A stretch of DNA of 64,000 nt, from NCBI RefSeq assembly GCF_009914755.1, contig NC_060925.1. One strand, given 5' to 3'. The notes below the pieces were generated by a model that saw nothing but the letters and a program-made list of their open reading frames with translations, did not search any database and was not told the DNA's origin. Positions within the stretch are counted from its first letter, which is position 1. Each line of letters begins with the position of its first letter. The stretch is from the human T2T-CHM13v2.0 reference genome, Homo sapiens. Below are positions 1 to 13,523 of the stretch, piece by piece. Position numbers and translations under genes: made by a program.

Positions 1-38
1 TCGTGCTGGATTATAGGTGTGAGCCACTGCTCCCGGCC
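1..38 (-). mobile_element. Alu 5' end (partial, window edge)
   Basis: gtgctggattataggtgtgagccactgctcccggcc is the reverse complement of the Alu 5' end. Confidence 0.9.
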
Positions 39-40
39 CA

Positions 41-802
41 CAAATGTATTATAAAAAGTTAAAATTTATCAAAACATACACACATAAACACAGACCGTGG
101 CACCATTAACAGTTGAGAGAAATTGAAACAAACATAACGATGCAGCATTAAATCATAACTGCATATAACTCATACATACTGTAGTGCTGTACTAATTTCA
201 TGGCACCTCTCATTGCTATTGCAGTGAGCCCAAGTGTTTTGAATGTATCCACTTAAAACACTTCGTGATGTTAATCATCTCCACAAGAGCAGTTGTCTCT
301 CCAGTAAATTGTGTATCATAGTAAAAAGTGATCACTCATGGTTCCTGTATTTTTCATCGTGTTTAGTGCACTGCCGTCAACCTTGAATAACACCGTGGTA
401 CCTATACAAAGTGCCACTAGCGATGCTGTAAATGCTCCCAAGAAGCAGAGAATAGTCATTACAAGGAAAAGTTTAATTGCTTAATAAGTACTGTAGATTG
501 AGGTCTGCAGCTGTGGTTGCTGCCATTTCAGGCAGGGATTCATCTTGTAAGCAAAAGAAATAAACTTACAGTATTGGTAAATAAGTACAATAATAATAAT
601 TACTATAAATGTATTTTCCTTATGGTTTTCTTAATGACATTTTCTTTTCTCTAGCTTACTTTATTTCAAGAAGACAGTACATAATACATATACAAAATAT
701 GTGTTACTCAACTGTTTGTGTTCTTGGCATGGCTTGCAGTCAACAGTAGTTGACTGCTTAGGGGTCGATCCCCTTATTGCTGAGTTGTTCAAAGCTTAAC
801 TG
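41..802 (+). mobile_element. Tigger2-type (Tigger2a-like) TcMar DNA transposon remnant
   Basis: Internal sequence resembles recalled Tigger2 (gatgctgtaaatgctcccaagaagcagag; gaggtctgcagctgtggttgc); ends in degenerate TIR gttgttcaaagcttaactg. Confidence 0.8.
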
Positions 803-1429
803 TTTATGTTTCTTTGAATCCCAAGAAAAATCAGCCAAGAAATCAGGAAGTCAAAAGAAAGTATTACAGTTCTGCAGGAATTGAAGTTTAGCAGTCAACA
901 TACACTGATTCAAACAAACCCGCTAACAAGTGAAAAGCAATGGCAGGAAACACTGACAAATGGAGTCTAAAGTGAGCAGAAAAAGGAGCAGGCAGGAAAG
1001 AAGTAGTGAAGATCTAATCAGTCTGGCTCATGATGGTGGCCATGTTGCATATGGTGTTCACAGCCCCATCTTCTGGTAACAATGAGTCATTCTTGCAAGT
1101 AAAATAAATATTGATGACATGATATGCATAATAAATAAAATTCTATGAGTCATGTTCTAAGAAATTAGAAGCAAAATAAGTCCTCAAACTGGCAATTTGT
1201 TTAAGTGATGCTGAGTAGTTCTATTAACCTTGCTAGAAGGTCTGAATGTTATGTTATTAGAATACTACCCAACAATGTTGTGGCATTTTCCAGTGTTTAT
1301 ATTCATTATAAACTACAGTTCTAAGTATTTCAAGAAGAAATGCAAAGAGAAAAATATGTGATTGTTGTAAAATGCTTCCCAACATAACATCTGAACTGAT
1401 CTAAACATCTGAATTAACAAAAGTCATAA

Positions 1430-2811
1430 TGAGAGGTGACGACCTACTGGCAGCCCTCACAGAGGGCTGGCTGTCAGCACCTCCTCGGCCTCGGCAGTGC
1501 TTGAGGAGCCCTTCAGCCTGCCGCTGCACTGTGGGAGCCCCTCTCTGGGCTGGCCAAGGCTAGAGCCGGCTCCCTCTGCTTGCAGGGAGGTGTGGAGGGA
1601 GAGGAGCAGGCTGGAACCGGGGCTGCGCGTGGCGGTCGCAGGCCAGCGTGAGTTCCAGGAGGGCATGGGATCTGTGGGCCCTGCACTTGGAGCGGCAGAC
1701 CGGAAACACTGGCCCCGGGCAGTGAGCGGCTTAGCACCTGGGCCAGCAGCTGCAGAGGGTGGGCCGGGTCCCCCAGCAGTACCGGCCCACCGGCACTGCA
1801 CTCGGATCCTCACAGGGCCGCAGCTGCTTCCCTGCAGGACAGGGCTCAGGACCTGCAGCCCACCATGCCCGAGCCTTCCCCCACCCCGCCATGGGCTCCT
1901 GCGCAGCCCTAGCCTCCCCAACGAGTGCCGCCCCCTGCTCCGCAGCACCCGGTCCCATCTACCGCCCAAGGGCTGAGGAGCCCGCAGGCACGCAGCGCTG
2001 GACTGGTTGAACAGCTCCGCCCACTGCCCTGGCACGGGATCCACCAGGCGAAGCTGGCTGACCTCCTGAGTTGGTGGGGGGAGGTGGGACTTGGAGAACT
2101 TTTATGTCTAGCTGGAGGATTGTAAATGCACCAATCAGCACCCTGTGTCTAGCTCAAGGTTTGTGAATGCACCAATCAGCAGTCTGTATCTAGCTCAGGC
2201 TTTGTAAATGCATCAATCAGTGCTCTGTGTCTGGCTAATCTAGTGGGGGACTTGGAGAACTTTTGTGTCTAGCTCAGGGATTGTAAATGCACCAATCTGC
2301 ACCCTGTCAAAACGGACCAATCAGCTCTCTGTAAAATGGACCAATCTCAGCAGGATGTGGGTGGGGCCAGATAAGAGAATAAAAGCAGGCTGCCAAGAGC
2401 CAGCTGCGGCAAGTCGCTCAGGTCTCCAGCTTAGTTGTTTTGCTCTCTGCAGTAACTCTTGCTGGTGCTAACTGTTTGGGTCCGCACTGTCTTTGTGAGC
2501 TGTGACACTCATGGCGAAGGTCTGCAGCTTCACTCTTGAGGCCAGCAAGACCACGAACCCACTGGGAGGAATGAACAACTCCAGACGCACCGCCTTGAGA
2601 GCTGTAACACTCACCGCCAAGGTCTGCAGCTTCACTCCTGAAGCCAGGGAGATCACGAACCCACCAGAAGGAAGAAACTCCAAACACGTCCGAACATCAG
2701 AAGGAACAAACTCCCGACACACCATCTTTAAGAACTGTAACACTCACCGTGAGGGTCCACGTTTTCATTCTTGAAGTCAGTGAGTTCAAGAACCCACCAA
2801 TTGCAGACACA
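1430..2811 (+). mobile_element. Solo LTR of ERV9 family (LTR12C/D/E-like)
   Basis: Starts TGAGAGGTGAC, ends ...ccaattgcagacaCA; 4-bp TSD ATAA at 1426-1429 and 2812-2815; GC-rich U3 and tandem gcaccaatcagc units. Confidence 0.95.
2125..2390 (+). promoter_or_regulatory. LTR12 U3 enhancer/promoter: CCAAT (NF-Y) array, GT box, GATA site, AATAAAA TATA-like box
   Basis: CCAAT at 2131, 2172, 2292, 2317 and 2341; GGGTGGGG ~2359; AGATAA 2369; AATAAAA 2378; matches known ERV9 LTR promoter architecture. Confidence 0.7.
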
Positions 2812-2931
2812 ATAACTGTTTCAGTAGCATAACTGAAGTCAGGGCAACCAGACAAAATATTTTCCTCGTTACAAAAGTAACTGCACTGGGTTTAGTACAA
2901 TTTAGGTTTTTGTGAAATATTGACATTTAAA

Positions 2932-4465
2932 AAATTTTTGTATCAATACCTTTTGAGGTATAAATTTTTTTTGTTATATGGATGAATAATGTAGTGGTGA
3001 CTTCTGAGACTTTAGTGCACCTGTCACCCAAGTAGTGTACATTGTACTTAATATGTGGTTATTTATCTCTAACCCCATTCCCACCCTCCCCCTGCTGAGT
3101 CTCTAAACTCCATTATACCACTCTGTATGTCTTCATGTACTCAAAGCTTAGCTCCCGCTTACAAGCGAGAACATACAGGTTTTGGTTTCCCACTCCTGAG
3201 TTACTTCATTTAGAATAATGGCTTCCAGCTCCATACAAGTTGCTGCCAAAGACATTGTTTTATTCCTTTTCATGGCTGAGTGGTATTCCGTGGTGTCTAT
3301 ATACCACATTTTCTTTAGTCATTGGTTGATGGGCACTTAGGTTGGTTCCACATCTTTTGCATTTGTGCTACTATAAATGTGTGTGCAAGTGTTTTTTTTA
3401 TATAAATGACTTCTTTTCCTTTGGGTACATACAGTCAGTAGTGGGCTTGCTGGATCAAATGGTCGACCTACTTTTAGTTCTTTAAGGAATCTCCATACCA
3501 TTTTCTATAGAGGTTGTATTAATTTGCATTCCCACCAGCAGTGAATAAGCATTCCCTTTTCCCCACATCCATGCCAGCATCTATTGTGTTTTGACTTTTT
3601 AATAATGGCCGTTCTTACAGGAGTAAGGCAGTAACTCATTGTGGTTTTAATTTGCATTTCCCTGATGATTAGTAATGTTGAGCATTTTTCATATGTTTGT
3701 TGGCCATTTGTATATCTTCTTTTGGAAATGTCCGTGCATGTCCTTTGCCCACTTTTGGATGGGATTTTTTTTTTTCTTGCTGATTTGTTTGGGTTCCATG
3801 TAGATTCTTGACACTAGTCCTATGTGGGATGCATAGTTTACAAATATTTTCTCCCACTCTGGGTTGTCTGTTTACTCTGATTATTATTTCTTTTGCTATG
3901 AAGAAGCTTTTTAGTTTAATTAGGTCCCATTTATTTATTTTTGTTTTTGTTGCATTTGCTTTTGGGGTCTTAGTCATGAATACTTTGCCAAGGCTGATGA
4001 CTAGAAGAGTTTTTACAATGTTGTCTTCTAGAATTTTTATGGTTTCAGGTCTTATATTTAAGTATTTGATTCATCTTGAGTTGATATTTGTATAAGATGA
4101 GATAGGGATCCAATTTCATTCTTCTACATGTGGCTTGCCAGTTTCCCCAGCATCGTTTATTAAATAGGATGTCCATTTCCCGATTGATGTTTTTGTATGC
4201 TTTGTCAAAGATCAGTTGGCTGCATGTATTTGGGTTTATTTCTGGGTTCTCTGTTCTGTTTTATTGGTCTGTGTGCCTACTTTTATACCAGTACCATGCT
4301 GTTTTGGTAACTGCAGTTTTATAGCATAATTTGAAGCTCGATAATGTGATGCCTCCAGATTTGTTCTTTTTGATTAGGATTGCTTTGGCTATTGGGGCTC
4401 TTTTTTTCGTTCCATATGAATTTTAGAATTGTTTTTTCTAATTCTGTGAAAAATGATGTTAATGT
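2932..4465 (-). mobile_element. 5'-truncated LINE-1 (L1PB-like): ORF2 3' portion and 3' UTR
   Basis: ORF 3669..3977(-) encodes [24 protein letters not shown], typical of L1 ORF2p; L1PB-type 3' UTR at 2932-3300; frame disrupted. Confidence 0.92.
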
Positions 4466-4589
4466 TTGGCAACTTTTTTTACATTAGCACCAAAATACTG
4501 ATTGATCCATTAAAAATACATTAATTCCTGATATGATTCAGACACAGTGCTAACTCCTAAGAATACTACAATGAACAAAATTTTCTTTC

Positions 4590-4978
4590 CCTCACTCTAC
4601 TCCAGCCACATGAACCTCCCTGTAGCTCTTCTACAAGTCAAGCACGATCCAACATATTACCATTTTAGTATCCTTGGACTTGTTATTCCCTCGTTCTGGA
4701 ACACTTTGCCCCAAAATATCCACAATTTGCCCTCATCTCTTTCAGGTCTTTGCTCAAATGTCACATTAATAAAAGCTTCCTTGACAACCATATTAAAAAC
4801 TTGCGACCCGACTCCCAGCAACACTCTCTATTCTACTTCTTTAGCACTTGTTGCATCTAATACGTGGTATCTTTTACTCATTTATTACATCTAATCTATA
4901 TAAGTTTCATGAGGGAAGGGATTTTTGTCAGTTTTTATTGCTGCTATACTCTCCAGAGTTGACACATAGCTAAATATT
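4590..4978 (+). mobile_element. L2 3' end fragment (tail resumes at ~5918-5955 after the inserted Alu/LTR)
   Basis: ctccagccaca...ttcaggtctttgctcaaatgtcac...taagtttcatgagggaaggga; terminal tgaataaataaatgagtgaat at 5932-5952. Confidence 0.7.
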
Positions 4979-4980
4979 TT

Positions 4981-5917
4981 CTTTTTTTTTTTTGAGATGG
5001 GGTCTCAGTGTGTCACCCAGGCTGGAATGCAGTGACACGATCTTGTCTTGCTGCTGATACGGTTCCAATGAGTGGAGGAACACCAGGGTTCTTCGTCTCG
5101 AGTCAAATTAGATAAAACAGCATGGACACACGTAGTGGTTTTCAGGAGCAGAGAGTTTAATAGGCAAGTAAGGAGGAAGAAGCTCCCCCATGCACAGACG
5201 AGGGGGAGGGGGCAGAGGGGCTCCAAAGTGGAGAGATGAAACCCCACAAGCCATGGAAAAGTGGCTGCTTACACGAGTAGACTGGAGGAAGTGGTGTCTG
5301 ATTTGCGTAGGGCTCAGGGGATTGGTTTGATCAGCCACGTCTTTCATGGTAGCCTGAGGAAAAAACTGGCCATCCCACCCTAGCCTTTTAAGATGCAAAT
5401 TCAGGGTGCCATGATGTTCCACACAGGTAGGGATATATGGGGGCAGCCATGTTACCAGGCACATGTTTGGGCAAGGGCAAGAAGAAGGGGGCAGGAATTG
5501 CCATGTTTGGGTGGACCCGGTTTCTAATGGCCTGTATTTGCGTATCAAAGGTTGCTGGCCTAGCTCTAAGAGCCAGGGCTTTCCTGCTAGACAAGAAATG
5601 TTTCTGGAGCTGCTTTAAAAGAAATAACTTTACAACAACCCCTTTTCCTCTCTATCTGCCTAACATAATTTCTTAATAACTCTTGTAACACTGCAATCTC
5701 CCCCTCCTGGACTCAAGCAATCCTCCCACCTCAGCCTCCTGTGTAGCTGGGACTACACGCGTGCACCACCACCACGCCTGTGTAACTTTTGAATTTTGGT
5801 AGAGATGGGGTTTCGCCATGTTGCCCAGGCTGGTCTCCAACTCCTGACCTCAAGTGATCTGCCTGCCTTGGCCTCCCAAAGTGCTGGAATTACAGGTGTG
5901 ACCCACTTCGCCCAGCC
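4981..5917 (-). mobile_element. AluJ-type element split by an LTR (Alu parts 4981-5054 and 5691-5917)
   Basis: Alu sequence stops at 5054 and resumes at 5691; approximate TSD agctaaat(a/c)ttt on both sides. Confidence 0.88.
5055..5690 (-). mobile_element. ERV1-class solo LTR (LTR38/LTR25-like; subfamily uncertain)
   Basis: TG...CA termini with 4-bp TSD CTGC (5051-5054, 5691-5694); minus strand begins TGTTACAAGAGTTATTAAGAAATTATG. Confidence 0.85.
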
Positions 5918-5976
5918 AGCTAAATCTTTATTGAATAAATAAATGAGTGAATGTGTAAAAGACACAGTCGTTGGCC

Positions 5977-6241
5977 TTTTTTTTTTTTTTTGAGATGGAG
6001 TCTCGCTCTGTCGCCCAGGCTGCTCCACCTCCCGGTTCATGCCATTCTCCTGCCTCAGCCTCCCGAGTAGCTGGGACTACAGGCACCCGCCACAATGCCC
6101 AGCTAATTTTTTTTTGTATTTTCAGTAGAGACGGGGTTTCACCGTGTTAGCCAGGATGGTCTCGATCTCCTGACCTTGTGATCCGCCCGCCTCGGCGTTC
6201 CAAAGTGCTGGGATTACAGGCGTGAGCCACCGTGACCAGCT
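5977..6241 (-). mobile_element. AluY with internal deletion in the right arm
   Basis: AluY-diagnostic catgccattctcc and gtgttagccaggatggtctcgatctcc; ~35 bp missing at ~6022. Confidence 0.88.
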
Positions 6242-6490
6242 GCAGTCATCATTCTTTAAGGGTTTATAGATAGTAAATTAATAAGGTCGGTAAAATACTG
6301 CAAGTGATGCAGAAAAGGGCATGTCAGGCAGGAGTTGCATGGGCAAAAGCATAGTAGTAGTGCAAAAACAGCAACCAGTGTTGCTTGTTTTCACTTGAAA
6401 ATAAGTAAGATTCAATAAGCAAACAGCAGAAAAGCAGTTAGCTGTTTTCCTCTCTTATCTAGTATACATTTATAATTGGGATGTGTGTTA

Positions 6491-6920
6491 TGTAAACAAA
6501 TGTGAACCTGAAAGACCCAATCCTTCAAGATAAATCCGGAGCAGCTAACTGGGCCTAAATTTAAAATCGAGCCAAGCAGTCATTTGCTGACCGTAAGTCA
6601 TACATGTACCTTGAGTTCCCCAGAAGTCCACACCTCTGTTCAACTCTGGCAGTTTCAGAGCTCAACTGAACCAACCAATCAGAGCTCACCCAAACAGACA
6701 AATTAGGTCTCACTACCTCTGCCAATCAGGGCTCAGCTGTCAATCAATCGGAACTAAGCAAATTTGAATCATTCATTTGCGTAAACTGATCTGATTGGGA
6801 ACCAGGGCAGGAACTTTATAAAAGCCAAACCCTCACTTTATTCTCTGAAAGGCACCTTGGTTTCACGCTGGAAGCTGTATATTCCTGATTTGCAAACTGT
6901 TCACTGAAATAAAGTCTCAT
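6491..6920 (+). mobile_element. ERV LTR (MER72/LTR47-like), 3' end not clearly present
   Basis: Begins tgtaaacaaatgtgaacctgaaag; repeated ccaatcag units, tataaaa at ~6817, aataaa at ~6908. Confidence 0.7.
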
Positions 6921-7272
6921 ATTTTTACTGCACTAAGTCAAATTGGCAGTATTTACCTAAGACATAATCTCCTAGGAAATCCATGACCTCTAATCCAACT
7001 CTTTAAGCCCATTAGGAGGACTCTAGCATATAGGCAGATAAGCAGGTAGAGATATTAGACAGCATTATCTAATTTGCATAATCTGGAAGTTCATTTGACA
7101 ACCTTCAAATAAAATAATTACAGAATTTTATTAAATGCAAAAAAAGGAATCACAACAAGAAAACCAGAGTCTTGACCTTGGAGTCTTTGTGAAATCTGTA
7201 TAATGAGCAAAATTTAATGAAAAACATCACATCTTCAAGTTCTCAAAAATAGGTATTTCCTACTAAAAATTA

Positions 7273-7681
<409 letters not shown>

Positions 7682-8523
7682 TTAACCCAGCATGAATAAG
7701 AAAGACTTCTGGGAAATGTGTTTGTGGGTTTACAAACTGACTTTAGAGATGTTATTTATCATTACATGATACAAATATAGGGGTAAATCAAATGCCACAA
7801 AGCAAAATAGGATTAGATTATAAAAGCCTAGCATTCTCTTAGACACCAGTCCTGAAGAGATTTCATTGTGCTTGATAAGTATGGAACCACTGAGGAAGGC
7901 AAAATTGGTGGACTCAATTAAGGGCATAGTGGCTAGCTGACTTCTGCCCACATTTGCAACATTTTTGTTGTTGTAAATGCAGTAGCTATTATATTAAATG
8001 TGTTCAGTGTGTATTTATTAGTAAATATATTTTTAAATTTTCATATTTTGACTTTCTAAAAATTAATCAACAATAACTTGTTAAATGCTGATACTGATCT
8101 TTCAGGTAATGTAATACAGTAAAAAGTACACAGACTGGGGAGTCTGATATCATCCTTGCCATTAAGTAACCTAAATTTTAGTTGGAAAAACAAAATTAGT
8201 GCTCATGAAACAATTAGAAAATCCAGCAAGACAGTAAAATTAAGTACTAAATTTTGTGGTACAAACTGAAGTTAAATAATAATAGGATTTTTTAAGCTGG
8301 ATATCCTCTCCATAAAAAGGTCTCAGTTGAGCCCCATTACTTTCCAGAAGAGGCCCCTAAATATTAGGTGACTTGCCTTAGGCCTTACATTTAGGTGACT
8401 GACCAAGTGGATCTAACTCCCAGGTCTTCTAAGGAGTGTGGGCCTTTCATATCTACTAAAACACATTCTGCTCAATTGGCAGAAGGTGCTATTGAACTAT
8501 TTGCAGATGCATTTGCAGTAAAG

Positions 8524-8690
8524 TTTTTTTTTTTTTTTTTTTAGAGACAGGGTCTCATTCTGTCATCCAGACTGGAGTGTAGTGATAAGATCATAGCTCA
8601 GTGTAACTTTAAACTCCTGGCCTCAAGCGATGCTCCCGCCTCAGCCACCCAAAGCACTGGGATTACAGGCATGAGCCACTGAACCTGGCC
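8524..8690 (-). mobile_element. Alu monomer (FRAM/FLAM-like)
   Basis: Single Alu arm with poly-T; TSD tg(c/a)agtaaag. Confidence 0.85.
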
Positions 8691-10211
8691 TGAAGTAAAG
8701 ATCTTTAAGGAAAGTCTCCCTGAACTTGAAGCTAAGAAACTGAAATTTTTTTATCCATTTCTGCAATATTTTTCTGGTTTCAGTTACTGGTTTGAAGAAC
8801 AAAGGGCCTCAGTAAGACAGAATATATAATTTTATATTGTGCCTTCATAAAATATAATTTCTTTGCATGAAAAATGAGTCCCGTGAGTTTGAATTCCACT
8901 CTGGGTGGTTCAGGATTCCGGATATCCACCGTCTTCTGGGCACTGCTGGAGTGCAAGTGGAATATACATATTGACCAGATGATGGCGGCATGGAGCTAGG
9001 TTTGGGTTCTGCCCGTGTAACGGGCTGGCTGGATTATCTTTGTTCTTTGGGTCCTTAGGCTTAGGAAAGAGAGGCCTTGCACGTTGTATGGCACAGTAAA
9101 TGGAACAAATTGTTTATGTAATTATATCTTTATTTTAAACAGCAGCCAAACCCTAATTGTGTTTCTTCTTTAGACTTAGAACCCAGGAACTGAGAATAAA
9201 GACGAAAACAGGCTTTGTTAAGATGTGCTTGGTTTTAAAAAACATGCTCTGACAAGTCCACTTACTATTCTGAATGTTGTAACAATGAGAAATAAGGGTC
9301 ATACAGTGTAGGCTGAGATCAACTTAGCTCTGAACCTACATCATTACTCCCTTTGGATTGTTGCTTTTGCTTTTGTTTGGATTTTCTTTCCTTATGTATA
9401 TATTAACATTTTTACCATTCCCCAGTTCCTGTGCCTCACCCTCTTCTCCCAAATATTTTGGGGAACTTTAAATTTAAAATTGACATTCTAAAATATGCAC
9501 AAGAAGATGAAATGTTTAGCATGTATATGTTAACATATGTTTACTAAAGTTTAAAAACTGCAAATGAAAATATACTAAAAACTAAAATTTTGTATATGCT
9601 AAATTTTCTTTAAGTTTGTATTCATCAAAATATCCCTTCTTTGTTGATACTAATGTCCACAGCTGAGTATCATCCTGGGAAAAAACCACAGCTTTGATTA
9701 ATTTTGTGGCATTTATGTTTGAAAGAGTTAATCAGACATCAGTCTTCAAAAGCTGGGAATGGTTTTTATCATCAAGAAAATCTGGTCAGGCATACACAAT
9801 CAGATATAAACAATTTTGTTTATTTTACCTTAAGAACAGGAAATAACATTCAAACGGTTCTGAAGACATTAAAAAAATGTCTTTAGATTAAAAATAAAAT
9901 TACCCATTTATTTTTCTGGTTGAAGTCTGATTATAAGTTTTAAATTTCTATTGCTTCAAATGTCATATGACTATGAATACCTTTAGGCCATTATTTTGGC
10001 TGTAGAATTAAAGCTCTTTTCCCTCATCCTCCAGATGAGTCAAGAAAATAGTAACGTTTATTTGAGTGCATCAAATATGGCTTTGAAGTGACAGCACTTT
10101 AAACCTTACAGGCAGATATGCCATCACACACACACACACACAGAACACTGGTTCTTTTAATTGGCCTGAATATTGATGTTTCTGCTTCTGATGTTTTTTT
10201 CATGATAACTT

Positions 10212-10828
<617 letters not shown>

Positions 10829-10871
10829 CAAATTTCCCATTTTTCAAAGAAAGCTTTTAAATACACACACA

Positions 10872-11183
<312 letters not shown>

Positions 11184-11199
11184 TCAAATAAAAATAAAT

Positions 11200-11500
11200 G
11201 GCCAGATGCAGTGGCTCATGCCTGTAATCCCAGCACTTTGGGAGGTCGAGGCAAGTGGACTGCTTGACCCCAAGAGTTGAGAACAGCCTGGGAAACATGG
11301 CAAGACCCCTCTCTACAAAAAAATCCAAAAAATTAGCCAGGAATGGTGGCACGCACCTGTGGTTCCAGCTACTCAGGAGACTGAGGTGGGAGGGATTGCT
11401 TGAGTCCCAGGAGGTTGAGGCTGCAGCGAGCTGCGATTGTGCCACTGCACTCCAGCCTGGGTGACAGAGCAAGACCCTGTCTCAAAATAAATAAATAAAT
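11200..11500 (+). mobile_element. AluJ-type
   Basis: Full dimer with (taaa)n tail. Confidence 0.92.
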
Positions 11501-11527
11501 ACACACAAACACAAATTACATATGACT

Positions 11528-11567
<40 letters not shown>
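11528..11567. repeat. (TA)n(CA)n compound microsatellite
   Basis: Seen directly in sequence. Confidence 0.9.
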
Positions 11568-11992
11568 TCACATCACATATACAGCGTCAGTAAAAGCTAG
11601 CATATGAAAGCCAGAGCTTTTTGAAAAGACTTGGTGAAAAAAATCACTTTGTATGGAAGGTGAATAATCAGCAAGAATTTATTGACAATTGCCCACATGT
11701 TAATTACCACTTCTGAGTCTATGAGTATATAAAAGCATCAAAGGCATTGAGTCTATGTTTATACTTAATATAACTAATATATTGAGCCTATATTTGTACT
11801 TAATATAATAAAAGCATAACATATCAGTGAAAGGCTCCCCAAATTTCTTTTTAATTGGCATGTTTTAAAAATGTTTCAAAGAGACATAATTTCATATAAA
11901 ATATCCAGAAGATAGAAATAAAGTGTATTTGTGATATTTTATCCTAAATAAGTAGTTAGTTCTTTTCTTGCTTTCATTTTTATTATTTTTTT

Positions 11993-12094
11993 AAGCCTAG
12001 TCAAGTGAAGCAGTGGGAGTGGAGAAGGAACAAAGAAATCTGTAACTGATTGTGCGATCCATTAGTTGTAAATACCACTGCACTTGGACCAGGC
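11993..12094 (-). pseudogene. RNY3 (pseudogene copy): Y RNA (hY3/RNY3-derived) processed pseudogene
   Basis: Reverse complement matches hY3 (G.CTGGTCC.AGTGCAGTGGT.TTTACAACTAAT...GTTACAGATTTCTTTGTTCCTTCTCCACTCCCACTGCTTCACTTGACTAG) with several substitutions and a 2-nt insertion; A-rich tail (T-run 11976-11992); TSD ttttcttgcttt. Confidence 0.93.
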
Positions 12095-12196
12095 TTTTTC
12101 TTGCTTTTAAACAGTGAAATAGCTTCCATGTGATAGTCATCTTACATAGAACATACTTTTATGAAAGGGCATGTTATCTATCATAAGTAAAGGTAA

Positions 12197-12606
<410 letters not shown>

Positions 12607-12677
12607 TGAAGAGAGAAGACTGAGAAAGAAGAGTTGGAAAAGGAAGAGAATTCTTGAGGTGTGCACAGATGCATATA

Positions 12678-12920
12678 GCAGTAGTCCCCAACCTTTTTGG
12701 CACCAGGGATGGATTTTGTGGAAGACAAGAGGGCAGGTGGTTTCAGGATGAACTGTTCCACCTCAGATCATCAGGCGTTAGATTCTCATAAGGAGCGTGC
12801 AACCTAGATCCCTTGCACTTCACAATAGGGCTTGTGGTCCTATGACAATCTAATACCACTGCTGATCTGGGACAGAGCTCAGGAGCTCACAGGAGCAGGG
12901 CTCAGGGCTGGGGTCCCTGC
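12678..12920. mobile_element. MER1B hAT-Charlie element
   Basis: gtccccaacctttttggcaccaggga...gttccacctcagatcatcaggcgttagattctcataaggagcgtgcaacctagatccc. Confidence 0.8.
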
Positions 12921-13362
12921 CGTAGAGTGATTGAGAGACAGGACTGCCACACATGAAAGAGAGAGAACCGTTATGTAAGTCAGCACTAAATCGTGTGCTC
13001 AGAATTGTTGCTGCCTCAGGAATTCAGGAAACAGGAAAGATCTGTGAGGCCTGGAGTTGAGAGAGAGGCCAGTGCTTCCTGGAGATGGGAGCTAGCCCAG
13101 AGGGATGGTGAGATTTGAACAGAAAAAAGTGAGAGAGATGGGCATTTGGCAGGTGAGTGAAGGCATGTGAGAAAGCCATTAGGGCGCACTTGCAGGACAG
13201 TGGTTTAGGGTAAAATGAATTGATTGGGAAGCTGGGAGGGAAAAGGAAAAATGAGCAGTGAAATGATAAAGCCATAGTAGAATAAACCTCCAGTTTTCCG
13301 AGGATAAAGAAATAGTTTTAGTCTGGTCTTTCATTTGTACCCTGCCTTCCCCCTGGAAGTTG

Positions 13363-13523
13363 TTTATTTGTTGATTGAGACCGGGTCTTACCCTGTCACC
13401 CAGGCTGGAGTGCAGTGCCACTATCATAGCTCACTGGAGCCTCGAACCCCTGTGCTCAAGCAATCCTCCTGTCTCAGCCTCCCAAATAACTGGGACTACA
13501 AGCATGCACCACCACTCCTGGCC
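13363..13523 (-). mobile_element. Alu monomer
   Basis: Single arm; TSD cccctggaagt. Confidence 0.85.

Noticed and set aside
2100-2350. Regularly spaced ~41-bp repeats resembling a CRISPR-like array
   Set aside because: Known tandem CCAAT enhancer units of the ERV9 LTR; no unique spacers; eukaryotic context
1457-2774. Long overlapping ORFs up to 195 aa
   Set aside because: They lie entirely within the GC-rich LTR12, where stop codons are scarce; no protein-family signature
3669-4324. ORF with L1 ORF2p similarity and its antisense ORFs
   Set aside because: Fragment of a truncated, frameshifted L1; not a host gene
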